From: an uncultured Bacillota bacterium
GTDB taxonomy: Bacteria > Sysuimicrobiota > Sysuimicrobiia > Sysuimicrobiales > Segetimicrobiaceae
DNA: 64,000 nt
Direction of reading: 5' to 3'
Assembly (NCBI GenBank): GCA_963804645.1
Contig: CAWDRG010000009.1
Coordinates: 768,001 to 832,000 of the forward strand
This document shows positions 1 through 8,732 of the stretch, one piece after another (the stretch's first letter is position 1; each line of letters starts with the position of its first letter). The notes beneath the pieces were generated by a model. It was not told the DNA's origin. It did not search any database and was given only the letters and a program-made list of their open reading frames with translations. The translations under genes and the position numbers were made by a program.

Positions 1-28
1 AAGCGTGCGGGGCACGCGGTTCCGCCCG

Positions 29-1183
29 CTAGCCCTCGACGGCTTCCATGCGCCAGCGCGTGGACGTGCCCGCGGCCAGCAACAGCAGCCCGCCGCTCAG
101 GTAAAACGGCGAGGAGGGGTTGGCCCACTGCCACAGGTAGCCGCCGACGAGGGGACCGATCACCCCGCCCATCCCCTCGATGGTCATCGCGATCCCGAGT
201 CCGGCGCCGCGGACGTCGTCCGGCAGGAGGCGCAGCAGGATGCTGTTCCAGGCGGGGAGGACGAACGCGTACGCGATGCCGATCCCCAAGAAATCGAGCA
301 GCAGCAGCGGCAGCGACTGGCAGAACGGCAGGGCGATCAGCAGCAGCGCGACCGCGGCCAGCCCGAGGCTGTAGGTCCGCCGCCGGCCGAAGCGGTCGCC
401 GATCCGGCCGGCGCGCGCCATCAACGCGAGCGCGGTCCCCACGCTGAGGAGCAGGAGAAGAAACAACTCGCGCTCCTCGAGCCCGCGCACGTCCTCCAGG
501 TACGGGACGATGATCGGGATCAGCACGCCGGCCGCGATGATCTGCGGGATGATGCTGGTCGCGAGCGCCGCGAGCGCCCGCATGACGGATGGCACCAGAT
601 GGCGGATGCTGGGGGTCGCGAGCCCTTTCGGCTCCGGCGCGCGCTTCGGCACCCGGAAGCCGAGCAGGGCCGCGGCGAGCAGCGGGATGATGAATACGCC
701 GAGCGAGATCGGATGGGCGGCCCGGCTGATGAGCGTCGCGAGCCCGATGCCGGCCCCGCCCCCGAAGAACCACGTCGAGAACACGCGCCCGAGCGCGCCG
801 CCGACCCCGGCGCCCGCGCCTTTGGTCAGGCGGGTGAGCGCGGCCGGCCATAGCGGTGCGGCCGCCGCCCCCATGACCGCGAGCGACACGAACACCTGCC
901 AGGTGGCCTGCGCGAGGACGAGGGCGACGAACGCGAAGAGGTACAGCCAGAGACCCCACAGCAGCATCGAGCGGGTCCCGACCCGGTCGACCGCCCATCC
1001 CGCGGCGAGCTTGAGCGCGACCTCGGCGAAGAAGTAGGTGGAGACCGCGGCCCCGGTCGTGCCCATCGGCCATCCGAACCGGATCGTCAGGATCGTGGGG
1101 AGGAGGACGAACAGCAGCGCGCCGTGGACGAACTCCACCATGGCGATCGTAACCGCCAGGAGATCGGTTTCGCTTCGCAGCAT
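29..1183 (-). CDS. MFS transporter, LtaA-like glycolipid flippase/permease
   Basis: 384 aa, about 12 hydrophobic segments, MFS motif GWAVDRVGTR. Segments EFVHGAL, APLWP and LPAWNS resemble S. aureus LtaA. TGATG overlap with the upstream glycosyltransferase. Confidence 0.8.
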   Translation of the reverse strand: MLRSETDLLAVTIAMVEFVHGALLFVLLPTILTIRFGWPMGTTGAAVSTYFFAEVALKLAAGWAVDRVGTRSMLLWGLWLYLFAFVALVLAQATWQVFVSLAVMGAAAAPLWPAALTRLTKGAGAGVGGALGRVFSTWFFGGGAGIGLATLISRAAHPISLGVFIIPLLAAALLGFRVPKRAPEPKGLATPSIRHLVPSVMRALAALATSIIPQIIAAGVLIPIIVPYLEDVRGLEERELFLLLLLSVGTALALMARAGRIGDRFGRRRTYSLGLAAVALLLIALPFCQSLPLLLLDFLGIGIAYAFVLPAWNSILLRLLPDDVRGAGLGIAMTIEGMGGVIGPLVGGYLWQWANPSSPFYLSGGLLLLAAGTSTRWRMEAVEG

Positions 1184-2367
1184 CAGGGGGTCGCGGACGG
1201 CAGCGCGAGCGGCTCGTGAGACGCCACCCCGCTGCGGTTCGCGATCCGGGCGAGTTGGGCGAGTTCGTCGACGACCACTTCCGCGGCATCCGGCCGGCCG
1301 AGCCCGGCGGCCGCCTGCCGCATCGCGGCCAGACGCTCAGGATGCGTCAGCAGCGTTTCGAGCTGGACGCGCAGCGCTCGTGGGCTGGCCGCGGCGAGCG
1401 CCGCGCCGCGCTCCACGAGGAACTGGGTGTTGCCCTCCTCCTGTCCGGGAATCGGCCGGAAGATCAGCATCGGCAGCTGCTTGGCGAGCGCCTCGCTGAT
1501 CGTGACCCCCCCGGCCTTCGTGATGAGCAGGTCGCTCACCGTCATCAATTCCTCGACGTTGTCGATGTAGCCAAACACCTGGACGCGGTTGTCGGACCGC
1601 GCCATTTTCGCGCGCACATCGTCCTCGAGACGCCGGTCGTAGCCGCAGACGACGAGCGCCTGCACCGGGCGCGGGAACCGGCTGAGCATGCGCACGACGT
1701 CCCCGACCCCGCCGAGCATCGCGTACGCGCCGGCCATCACGAGGATCACCGGTACATCGGGCGCGAGGCCGAACTTTGCCATCAGCCGTCCGCGGTCGAG
1801 CGGGCGGATGAATTTCCGCTCGATCGGGAGCCCGGACACGACGATGTGGTCCGCCGGGATGCCGCGCTCGATGAGGCCGTCCCGCACCAGCCCGTTCGGC
1901 ACGCAGTACCGCTCCACGCACGGGTGGATCCACTGGCTGTGGGTTACATAGTCGGTGATCACGGTGAGGCAGGGGACGGACGTCCGCCCCGCGATCTTGA
2001 GGTCGGACATCGAGCCCGCGGGCGTGCAGTGGACGCAGCAGACGGCGGCGGGCTGCTCCTCGTCGAGATACCGAGCGAGGCGGTCCATCCCCATGCGGTT
2101 GATCGCGCGCTGCACGAACGAGTCCGGACGGATGTCGCCGGTCAGCTTGTAGAACATGCCGTACATCATGGGCGCGCGCCGGACGCTCGTGATGTACGAG
2201 AACTTGGTGACCGCGTCGAATACCGGGTGCACGAAGCGGGCGAAGTAGTCCACCATCTCCGCGCGGCCGCCGGTCCGGGCTTCCCACTCCGCGGCGATGG
2301 CTTCCCCTGCGCGCTTGTGCCCGCCGCCGTAGTTGCAGGACAGGATCGAGAGCAGCATGCGGCTCAC
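1183..2367 (-). CDS. ugtP: Processive diacylglycerol beta-glucosyltransferase / MGDG synthase family (GT28)
   Basis: Motifs YGGGH, TVITDY..HSQW, ITKAGGVTISEA, PIPGQEEGN. GTG start at 2367 overlaps the upstream stop (GTGA). The ORF-track N-terminal extension is spurious. Confidence 0.85.
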   Translation of the reverse strand: MSRMLLSILSCNYGGGHKRAGEAIAAEWEARTGGRAEMVDYFARFVHPVFDAVTKFSYITSVRRAPMMYGMFYKLTGDIRPDSFVQRAINRMGMDRLARYLDEEQPAAVCCVHCTPAGSMSDLKIAGRTSVPCLTVITDYVTHSQWIHPCVERYCVPNGLVRDGLIERGIPADHIVVSGLPIERKFIRPLDRGRLMAKFGLAPDVPVILVMAGAYAMLGGVGDVVRMLSRFPRPVQALVVCGYDRRLEDDVRAKMARSDNRVQVFGYIDNVEELMTVSDLLITKAGGVTISEALAKQLPMLIFRPIPGQEEGNTQFLVERGAALAAASPRALRVQLETLLTHPERLAAMRQAAAGLGRPDAAEVVVDELAQLARIANRSGVASHEPLALPSATP

Positions 2368-3335
2368 CCGCGCGCGCGTCCCTCGTCCGTGGTGGCCGGA
2401 TCGGCGCGGCGGCGGCCGGCTCCGGCGAGCGCCGGCGGCGCTGGGTGGATCACCCGGATGCGCCGCGGCAGGATCGAGAGCGTGAACACCTGGCTGGCGT
2501 CGAGGAGGCTGCCGTCGACCTGCGCCTCGCGCTTCTGATCGAGGGTGATCGTGGCTTCGGCGCACCGCTGCACGCTGAGCTCGGGAACCGGGAGGCGCCG
2601 CAGGAGGCGGGCGGTCTTCCGGAATCGGCGGCCGCCGAGCTCCTGCAAGAGGTACAGGTCGAGCAGGCCGTCCGAGAGGCTGGGGGCCGGCAGCGCCTGC
2701 AGGCGCTCCCCGTACATCCGACCGTTCGCGGCCGCGATCATGGTCGCGCCGCCGCTGTACACTTGGTCGCCCACCCGGATCTCGACCTCGAACGGATCGA
2801 AGCCGGACGACAGGAGCGCGAGCGCCGCGACGTAGTACACGGACCGGTTGCGCGCGAGCCGGTAGCGGGCGCGCAGCGTGTTCACCATCTTTACGACCTG
2901 CACGTCGGCGCCGAGGCCGAAAATGTGCAGGAAGTGGCGGCCGTTCACGACGCCGACGTCGATCGCGCACTCCCGGCCGCGCCGCAGGACGGCGATCGCC
3001 TTCTCCGGATCCTTCGGGATGCCGAGGGAGCGGACCATTTCGTTGCCGGTCCCGCACGGGATGATGCCGAGCGGGAGCGCCGAGCCGCTTTGGATGATCC
3101 CGTTCACGGCGCCGTTGATCGTCCCGTCGCCGCCGAGCACGACGACGCGGTCGAACTTCGACCCGTCGCGCCTGAGCGCCGCGGCGAGGAGGGTCGCCGT
3201 CGCCTCGCCCGTCGGGGACACGACGAGGTCGTAGTCATGCCCGGCCCGCTTGAGCGCGTTGGTGAGGAGCGGGAGCGCGTCGCGCGAGCGTCCCCCACCC
3301 GAACGGAGATTCGCGACGACTAATGTGGCCGGCAT
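2364..3335 (-). CDS. Soluble diacylglycerol kinase family lipid kinase (YegS/DgkB-like)
   Basis: NxxSG, GGDGT and IPCGTGN motifs. RBS AAGGAG upstream of the ATG. Confidence 0.85.
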   Translation of the reverse strand: MPATLVVANLRSGGGRSRDALPLLTNALKRAGHDYDLVVSPTGEATATLLAAALRRDGSKFDRVVVLGGDGTINGAVNGIIQSGSALPLGIIPCGTGNEMVRSLGIPKDPEKAIAVLRRGRECAIDVGVVNGRHFLHIFGLGADVQVVKMVNTLRARYRLARNRSVYYVAALALLSSGFDPFEVEIRVGDQVYSGGATMIAAANGRMYGERLQALPAPSLSDGLLDLYLLQELGGRRFRKTARLLRRLPVPELSVQRCAEATITLDQKREAQVDGSLLDASQVFTLSILPRRIRVIHPAPPALAGAGRRRADPATTDEGRARG

Positions 3336-3406
3336 CGCATCACTCCTTCACGATGCCCGCGGGGAGACACGGCGTGGTCGAACGGGAGGCGGTCATAACC
3401 GCGCTC

Positions 3407-3436
3407 ATTATGTTCCAGAGTGGCACGGAGTGTCAA
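3407..3436 (-). promoter_or_regulatory. Putative sigma70 promoter of the lipid operon
   Basis: TTGACA-18 nt-CATAAT on the minus strand, about 70 nt upstream of the kinase ATG. Confidence 0.6.
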
Positions 3437-3592
3437 ACCACACATGCTTTATCATTCGCGCCGCACCGCGCAATCCCCCCTCAGCGCACGAGCGCCCCGC
3501 CGAGGGAAACGCAGGCGGCACGTAGAACGGGAAACACGTTGCGCGGCGCCGTTCGTCGGCACCGCATTCGAGTCGAGGCGCGGAGGTGCGGT

Positions 3593-5332
3593 GTGGCGTA
3601 CGCAGGAGGCGCGTCCGAGTTCGGGCCGCGGCCGGTCGCGATGGGGCGCCGCGGCATGGTCGCGTCCGCCAACCCGCTCGCGACGCAGGCCGGGCTGCGC
3701 ATGTTCGCGCAGGGCGGGAACGCCGTGGACGCCACAGTGGCGACCGCGGCCGCCGTCACCGTCGTGGAACCGTACTTTTCATCGGCCGGCGGCATCGGGA
3801 TCGCGGTGCTGTCGCTGCCGGACGGTAGTACGCGCACGCTGAACTTCATGGGCCCCAGCCCGCGCGCGGCACGCCCGGAGCAGTTCAACGTCAAGACGCA
3901 GGACAGCGGGATCCTCGCGCCCATGATCCCGGGCAACGTCGCCGGGTGGGGCCGGCTGCTCGATGAGTTTGGCAGCCTGCCGTTGGCCCAGGTGCTTGAG
4001 CCCGCGATCGAGCTGGCGGAGCGCGGGATGCCGGTGACGCTGTTCGACTATGTGCGGACGACGCAGGCGCTGGACCGGCTGACGTGGCCGGATGCCGCGC
4101 GCACGTTTCTCCGCGACGGCCAGCCGTACCAGCCCGGGGAGATTCTGCGGCAGCCGGGCCTGGCGAGGACGCTTCGCACGCTCGCGTCGGAGGGCTGGAT
4201 GGCGTTCTATCGCGGCAGCCTGGCCCGTACGATCGGCGCGTACTTCGCCGGCCACGGGGGCCTGATCACCGAAGAGGATCTGCGTACCTATCCGGACGCG
4301 ATCACCTGGGAAGCGCCGGTCACGGCCCGGTACCGCGGCTTCGAGATACGGACGACGCCGCCCCCGACCAGCGCCGTGCAGGTGCTGCAGACGCTTCGGA
4401 TCCTCGAGGCGTTCGATCTCCATGACGAGGACCCGCTCGGCCCCGACGCGCTCGCGACGATCGCCGAGGCGATCCGCCTCGCGCGGATGGACTGTCACAA
4501 ATACGTCGCCGATCCCCGGTTTGTGGACGTGCCCCTCGCCTGGATGATCTCGGATGAGCGGATCGATGAGCTGCGGGCGGAGGTCGTGAAGCGTGTGAAG
4601 GCGGCGCGCCGCCGCGGCGCGCGCAACGGGAACGCCGGCCGCCGCCCTGCCGCGCGCATCCGCCGCGCCCGCCGGGCGCCGGAGCGTTCGACGACGCATC
4701 TCGGCGCCGCGGATGCCAGCGGGCTCGCCGTCAACATCACGCAGACGGTCGGGAGCTCCTTCGGGTCGGGCGTCGTGGTCGGGGACACGGGGATCACCAT
4801 GAACAACGGGCACCATTGGTGCACGCTCATTCCCGGGGACCCGCGCGTGCTCGCGCCGGATAAGCGCCGGGAGTCGCCGACGTCGCCGGTCCACGGGTTC
4901 GCGGTCCACGAGGCTCCGGTGGCGCCGACCCACTCGTTCAACGTCGACCCGCACGGGCCGGCGCAGGGGTCGCGGGGTCCACGCCTCGCGTTTCTGGTCG
5001 GCACGCCCGGCTCCTACAGCATTCCGCAGACCACCGCCCAGGTCATCGTCGGGCTCGTCGAGTACGGCCGGAACATTCAGGACGCCATCGCGGCGCCGAG
5101 GTTTAGATGGAAGGACGACGTCGGGGATCCGCTGCCTCCGGACACGCTGCTCTTCGAAGGACGGTTCGCGCCGGCGACCAGGCGCGCGCTGGCGGCCCGT
5201 GGGTACAAGATCGAGGTGCTCGAGGATTGGTCGATGCGGGTCGGCGGCGCCCAGGGGATCGTGTTTCGTGATGACGGTTGGCTGCAGGGCGGCGCCGATC
5301 CCAGACGCAACGGGTATGCGATGGGCTGGTAG
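3593..5332 (+). CDS. Gamma-glutamyltransferase family Ntn hydrolase
   Basis: GMVASANPLA, GGNAVDA, autocleavage Thr in STTHL, GTPG, C-terminal GGADPRR. GTG start after GGAGGT. Confidence 0.9.
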   Translation: MAYAGGASEFGPRPVAMGRRGMVASANPLATQAGLRMFAQGGNAVDATVATAAAVTVVEPYFSSAGGIGIAVLSLPDGSTRTLNFMGPSPRAARPEQFNVKTQDSGILAPMIPGNVAGWGRLLDEFGSLPLAQVLEPAIELAERGMPVTLFDYVRTTQALDRLTWPDAARTFLRDGQPYQPGEILRQPGLARTLRTLASEGWMAFYRGSLARTIGAYFAGHGGLITEEDLRTYPDAITWEAPVTARYRGFEIRTTPPPTSAVQVLQTLRILEAFDLHDEDPLGPDALATIAEAIRLARMDCHKYVADPRFVDVPLAWMISDERIDELRAEVVKRVKAARRRGARNGNAGRRPAARIRRARRAPERSTTHLGAADASGLAVNITQTVGSSFGSGVVVGDTGITMNNGHHWCTLIPGDPRVLAPDKRRESPTSPVHGFAVHEAPVAPTHSFNVDPHGPAQGSRGPRLAFLVGTPGSYSIPQTTAQVIVGLVEYGRNIQDAIAAPRFRWKDDVGDPLPPDTLLFEGRFAPATRRALAARGYKIEVLEDWSMRVGGAQGIVFRDDGWLQGGADPRRNGYAMGW

Positions 5333-5389
5333 ACGAAGAGCGCGGCGAGGCGCTCTCGGGCACTGCACTACGCGGGCGGGGGGGCGACC

Positions 5390-5554
5390 GTGCGAGGGAA
5401 CTGGGGTTTCATCGTGCTTGCCATCTACTTGATTCTGAGCGCGTTCAGAGAGTTTGGCATGTTCTTATACGTGGGCAGGTTGTTCGGCGTCCTCGCGTTT
5501 TTCGCGGGTGTCCTGATCCTGTACGAGCAGGCGCAGCAAGCACAGCAGAAGTAG
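5390..5554 (+). CDS. Small two-TM membrane protein (54 aa)
   Basis: Hand translation MRGNWGFIVLAIYLILSAFREFGMFLYVGRLFGVLAFFAGVLILYEQAQQAQQK. G-rich RBS upstream. Below the ORF-track cutoff. Confidence 0.6.
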   Translation: MRGNWGFIVLAIYLILSAFREFGMFLYVGRLFGVLAFFAGVLILYEQAQQAQQK

Positions 5555-5774
5555 GGCGTCCTGCCCGGTACAACCGCGAGCGGGCCGAGATCACCAGCGG
5601 ATGTCTTCCCACGGGCCGTCCGCGCGGTGTTTGCCGGGCGGTCCGTGGGCAATCCGAAAGGGGTTCCCTTACGAAGGGATAATATGGTGCGGTATCTCTG
5701 TTCCCTGAGATCGCCCGCATCGGCTCGGAGCGGTAGCACGCGGGACCACATTCGCCATACGGGGGGGACACTGA

Positions 5775-6227
5775 ATGCAGAAGTCGATCACGAGGCTCGT
5801 CGTGTGCGTCCTACTGGTCTTTGCTACGGCAAGCATGAGCTCGGCGGCCACAATGCAGCCCTCGCTGTACGATCGTTTGGGCGGCCTGACGGCCATCAAG
5901 GCCGTGGTCGACCAGTTTGTCACGAACGTGGGTGCCGACAACAAGATCAACAAGTTTTTCACGGCGACCGTCGCGGATCCGCAGCGCCTCGCCACCTTCA
6001 AGACGAACCTCGTGAACCTGATCTGCCAGGGCACCGGCGGCCCGTGCAAGTACACCGGCAAGACCATGAAGGCTGCGCACGAGGGCATGGGAATCACCGA
6101 CGCGGACTTCAACGCGCTCGTCGGCGATCTCGTCGCCGCGCTGAACAAGTTCAAGGTGAGCGCCCAGAACCAGAAGGACCTGCTCGCGCTGCTTGGTCCC
6201 ATGAAGGGCGACATCGTCGGACAGTAA
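5775..6227 (+). CDS. glbN: Group 1 truncated haemoglobin (2/2 globin) with N-terminal signal peptide
   Basis: SLYDRLGG start, GGPxxYTGKxMxxAH with proximal His, FNALVGDL. The first ~25 aa look like a Sec signal (K/R, hydrophobic core, SSA). Confidence 0.92.
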   Translation: MQKSITRLVVCVLLVFATASMSSAATMQPSLYDRLGGLTAIKAVVDQFVTNVGADNKINKFFTATVADPQRLATFKTNLVNLICQGTGGPCKYTGKTMKAAHEGMGITDADFNALVGDLVAALNKFKVSAQNQKDLLALLGPMKGDIVGQ

Positions 6228-6251
6228 CCGTATCCTGGAATTCAGAGGGAT

Positions 6252-6291
6252 GAGGCGTCCTGAGTTCCGCCCACGCGGCTCGGGGCGCCTC
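6252..6291 (+). terminator. Intercistronic stem-loop (attenuator or mRNA stabiliser)
   Basis: GAGGCGTCCTGAGT pairs with GCTCGGGGCGCCTC (with GU wobbles). Weak U tail. Confidence 0.5.
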
Positions 6292-6308
6292 TCTGTTGGG
6301 CGGGCGAG

Positions 6309-7049
6309 ATGACCGGGCTGCTCGGAACCGGGGCAACGCGCGCCGCCGATCTCAACCTGCTGGCGCAGCTCGCGATGGCGGCGGCCCTGACGGTGGGGAT
6401 GTTTCTCGCGCGAGCCGGGCGCTTTCGCGCGCACGCTTGGACCCAGTCGACGGTGCTGCTGCTGAACCTCGTCGCGATCGGCAGCGTCATGCTGCCGTCG
6501 TTCCGCCGGCAGGTCGCGCCCTCAGTGCCGTCGGGCCTGCACGATCCGTATTACGTGGTGGCGACGATCCACGCGGGGCTCGGGACCGTGGCAGAGCTGC
6601 TGGGACTCTACGTCATACTCGTGGCGGGGACCAAGATGTTGCCGAGCCGTTTGCGCTTCCGGAACTACAAGTTGTGGATGCGGACGACGTTGGGTCTTTG
6701 GTGGGCGGTTGTGCTCCTTGGCATCGGTGTGTACACCCTCTGGTATGTGGTGCCGTCGCCTGCCGCGACGCCCCAGGCTTCGCAGCCGGCGATGATGATG
6801 GTGTCATTGAAGAACTTTGAGTTCACCCCCACGCAGATCACGGTTGCTGTCGGGACCACGGTGCAGTGGACGGATACCGGCGGACGTCATCAAATCGTCG
6901 CGGATGACGGTTCGTTCAAGTCCGACGTGCTGTTGTCGGGCGCCACGTTTCAGCAGAAGTTCGACAAGGCCGGCACATACCTGTACTACTGCCAGTTTCA
7001 CGGCGGACCGAAGGGCCAGGACATGTCCGGGTCGGTTGTGGTGAAATAG
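6309..7049 (+). CDS. DUF420-like four-TM membrane protein fused to a C-terminal cupredoxin (plastocyanin/azurin-like) domain
   Basis: Four hydrophobic helices with His in RAHAW and TIHAG, a Pro/Ala linker, then F.P..ITV..GTTV.W, H and YYCQFH......M type-1 Cu ligands. Confidence 0.8.
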   Translation: MTGLLGTGATRAADLNLLAQLAMAAALTVGMFLARAGRFRAHAWTQSTVLLLNLVAIGSVMLPSFRRQVAPSVPSGLHDPYYVVATIHAGLGTVAELLGLYVILVAGTKMLPSRLRFRNYKLWMRTTLGLWWAVVLLGIGVYTLWYVVPSPAATPQASQPAMMMVSLKNFEFTPTQITVAVGTTVQWTDTGGRHQIVADDGSFKSDVLLSGATFQQKFDKAGTYLYYCQFHGGPKGQDMSGSVVVK

Positions 7050-7292
7050 GCCTGCCACTTAACGCGAGAACGCCTGGTCGGCCAACACGGCGAAGCGGTC
7101 GCGCGCGGGTGGGTCGCCCTATCCATGGCCGTGTCTCCTGTTGTGGGTATTTGTCCCTTATTGGGCTGTACGGCTTGGGCGCACCCTGATTGGGACCGCG
7201 TCGGTTGCGCTTGAGTCCCGACTCGGATCTCAGTAAATGTCTTCTCGAAGACCTGCTAGAGTCGTTCGAAGCCGCGACGTGCCAATCTCTTA

Positions 7293-7321
7293 TTGTTGCT
7301 GGTCCGGATCTCTTGTATACT
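7293..7321 (+). promoter_or_regulatory. Putative tRNA promoter
   Basis: TTGTTG-17 nt-TATACT ending 17 nt before the tRNA. Confidence 0.55.
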
Positions 7322-7338
7322 GACACCTGGCTCGACGA

Positions 7339-7413
7339 GCCGGCGTAGCTCAGCGGTAGAGCAGCTCATTCGTAATGAGCAGGTCATCGGTTCAAATCCG
7401 ATCGCCGGCTCCA
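7339..7413 (+). tRNA. tRNA-Thr(CGT)
   Basis: Acceptor GCCGGCG/CGCCGGC, D arm AGCTCAGCGGTAGAGC, anticodon arm GCTCA-TTCGTAA-TGAGC, T loop GGTTCAAATCC, encoded CCA. Confidence 0.97.
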
Positions 7414-7552
7414 CGTATTTCCCGTAGATTCCGCGTTTTCTGCACCGCTTCCGAGGCTTCGCCGAGCCACGTTCGCGTGAGATCTTGAGAATACATTGCT
7501 TCTCCCAACCGGACAGTGGTATCGTCAAAGCAACACCCCCCAGGAGGACATC

Positions 7553-8041
7553 GTGAAGCTTCTGATCATACGCCACGCGATTGCCGTCGCTCGGGACACG
7601 GCGCAGGTGCCGGACGAGGATCGTCCGCTCACCGAATACGGGAAGCGACGCTTCAAAACGGCGGCGCGCGGTTTGGTCCGAATCTGCGGGCGTCCAGACC
7701 TGCTGCTGACGAGCCCGCTCCTCCGTGCCGTAGCCACGGCTGAGATAGTCGCCGAAGCATGGGGCGGGATCACCCCGACCCATGAACCAATTCTCGCCCA
7801 CGGCAGCCCGCAGGACCTCATCAACGTACTGTCGCAGCATACGGCACACCAGAAGATCGCCATCGTGGGGCACGAACCGTTGCTTTCGGGGTTGCTGGCC
7901 CGGTTGTTGGGTAGCGGGGAGCACCGAAGCCTTACCCTTCGAAAAGGCGGGGTCGCCCTCGTCGACATACCAGGCCCGCCCTCGGAGGGAGGACGACTCG
8001 ACTGGTTGCTGCGTCCGAGGATCCTCCGCGAGCTCGCATAG
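7553..8041 (+). CDS. sixA: SixA-type phosphohistidine phosphatase
   Basis: IRHA motif, RPLTxxG, TSPLLRA, VGHEP. GTG start after AGGAGG. Confidence 0.88.
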   Translation: MKLLIIRHAIAVARDTAQVPDEDRPLTEYGKRRFKTAARGLVRICGRPDLLLTSPLLRAVATAEIVAEAWGGITPTHEPILAHGSPQDLINVLSQHTAHQKIAIVGHEPLLSGLLARLLGSGEHRSLTLRKGGVALVDIPGPPSEGGRLDWLLRPRILRELA

Positions 8042-8129
8042 ACCTCTGCAGCGTACCGCTGCGCGCTCGTGCACCTTCCCGGCGCTTCCTTTGCTGAAAA
8101 GACAACCTGGACTTTGTCGGGATACTGTC

Positions 8130-8185
8130 AGAGCAGCGCACTCAGAAGGCGCGGGTCACGAGTTCGAATCTCGTCGGCGGCTCTA
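8130..8185 (+). repeat. Degenerate tRNA-Thr fragment (att-like scar 1)
   Basis: AGAGCAGCGCACTCAGAAGGCGCGGGTCACGAGTTCGAATCTCGTCGGCGGCTCTA aligns with the tRNA from the D-arm 3' strand to the acceptor end. Confidence 0.8.
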
Positions 8186-8732
8186 GTGTTTAGCAAGGGT
8201 TTCCGCACGTTCCATCCAGCCGTCCCCCGCGCTTTGCGTAATCTTACTAATCCGCGCGTCGGAGCCCGACCCCAGCATCCGTTCAGCCACGAGTGCTGCC
8301 GGCCGTGCATCTGCTGGTGATGTGGGCGCCACCGGATCCACGGACCGAGCGTCCATTCGGGACTGCTGGACCCGTCCGTCGGGTGTTCATCGCCTGTGGA
8401 TGTTGAGCAGTGCCAGTGTGCTCGATGCGGCCGGCACCTGCGAACACCTTCGCACCAGAACCGTCGGGCGCGGTGAGCCGTGGTCGGTCACGGCGCGCAC
8501 GCTCGAAGTGCGCGCCGGCGACGGGCTGGCGCCCGATGCCGTGCAGGCGCTGCGGCGGACCGTCCACAAGGAATAGGTTCTGAGATGGGGCCAGACCATC
8601 GAGTGTGCAACTCTGCACAGTGGGCCAATTCGTGCCGTGCTACACTCAACACAAAGGGGTGCTTGCTGAATCGGCAGGCGGTACCTCTTGCGTCAGCCGA
8701 CGAATCTCAGAGAGGGAAAGGGAGGAACGGCC

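Noticed and set aside
5..5368. Long opposite-strand ORFs (for example 5-853, 1216-2538, 3779-5368, and many later ones)
   Set aside because: Arg/Pro/Ala-rich shadows of real high-GC genes on the other strand, with no motifs.
5640..5750. c-di-GMP-I riboswitch (GGGCAA...GAAA start)
   Set aside because: Lacks the GACGCAAAGC junction and the second-stem signature; kept only as an unclassified structure.
8040..8110. Integron attC site after sixA (CTGCAGCGTACCGCTG...GCTGAA)
   Set aside because: No RYYYAAC/GTTRRRY boxes, no second attC and no intI.
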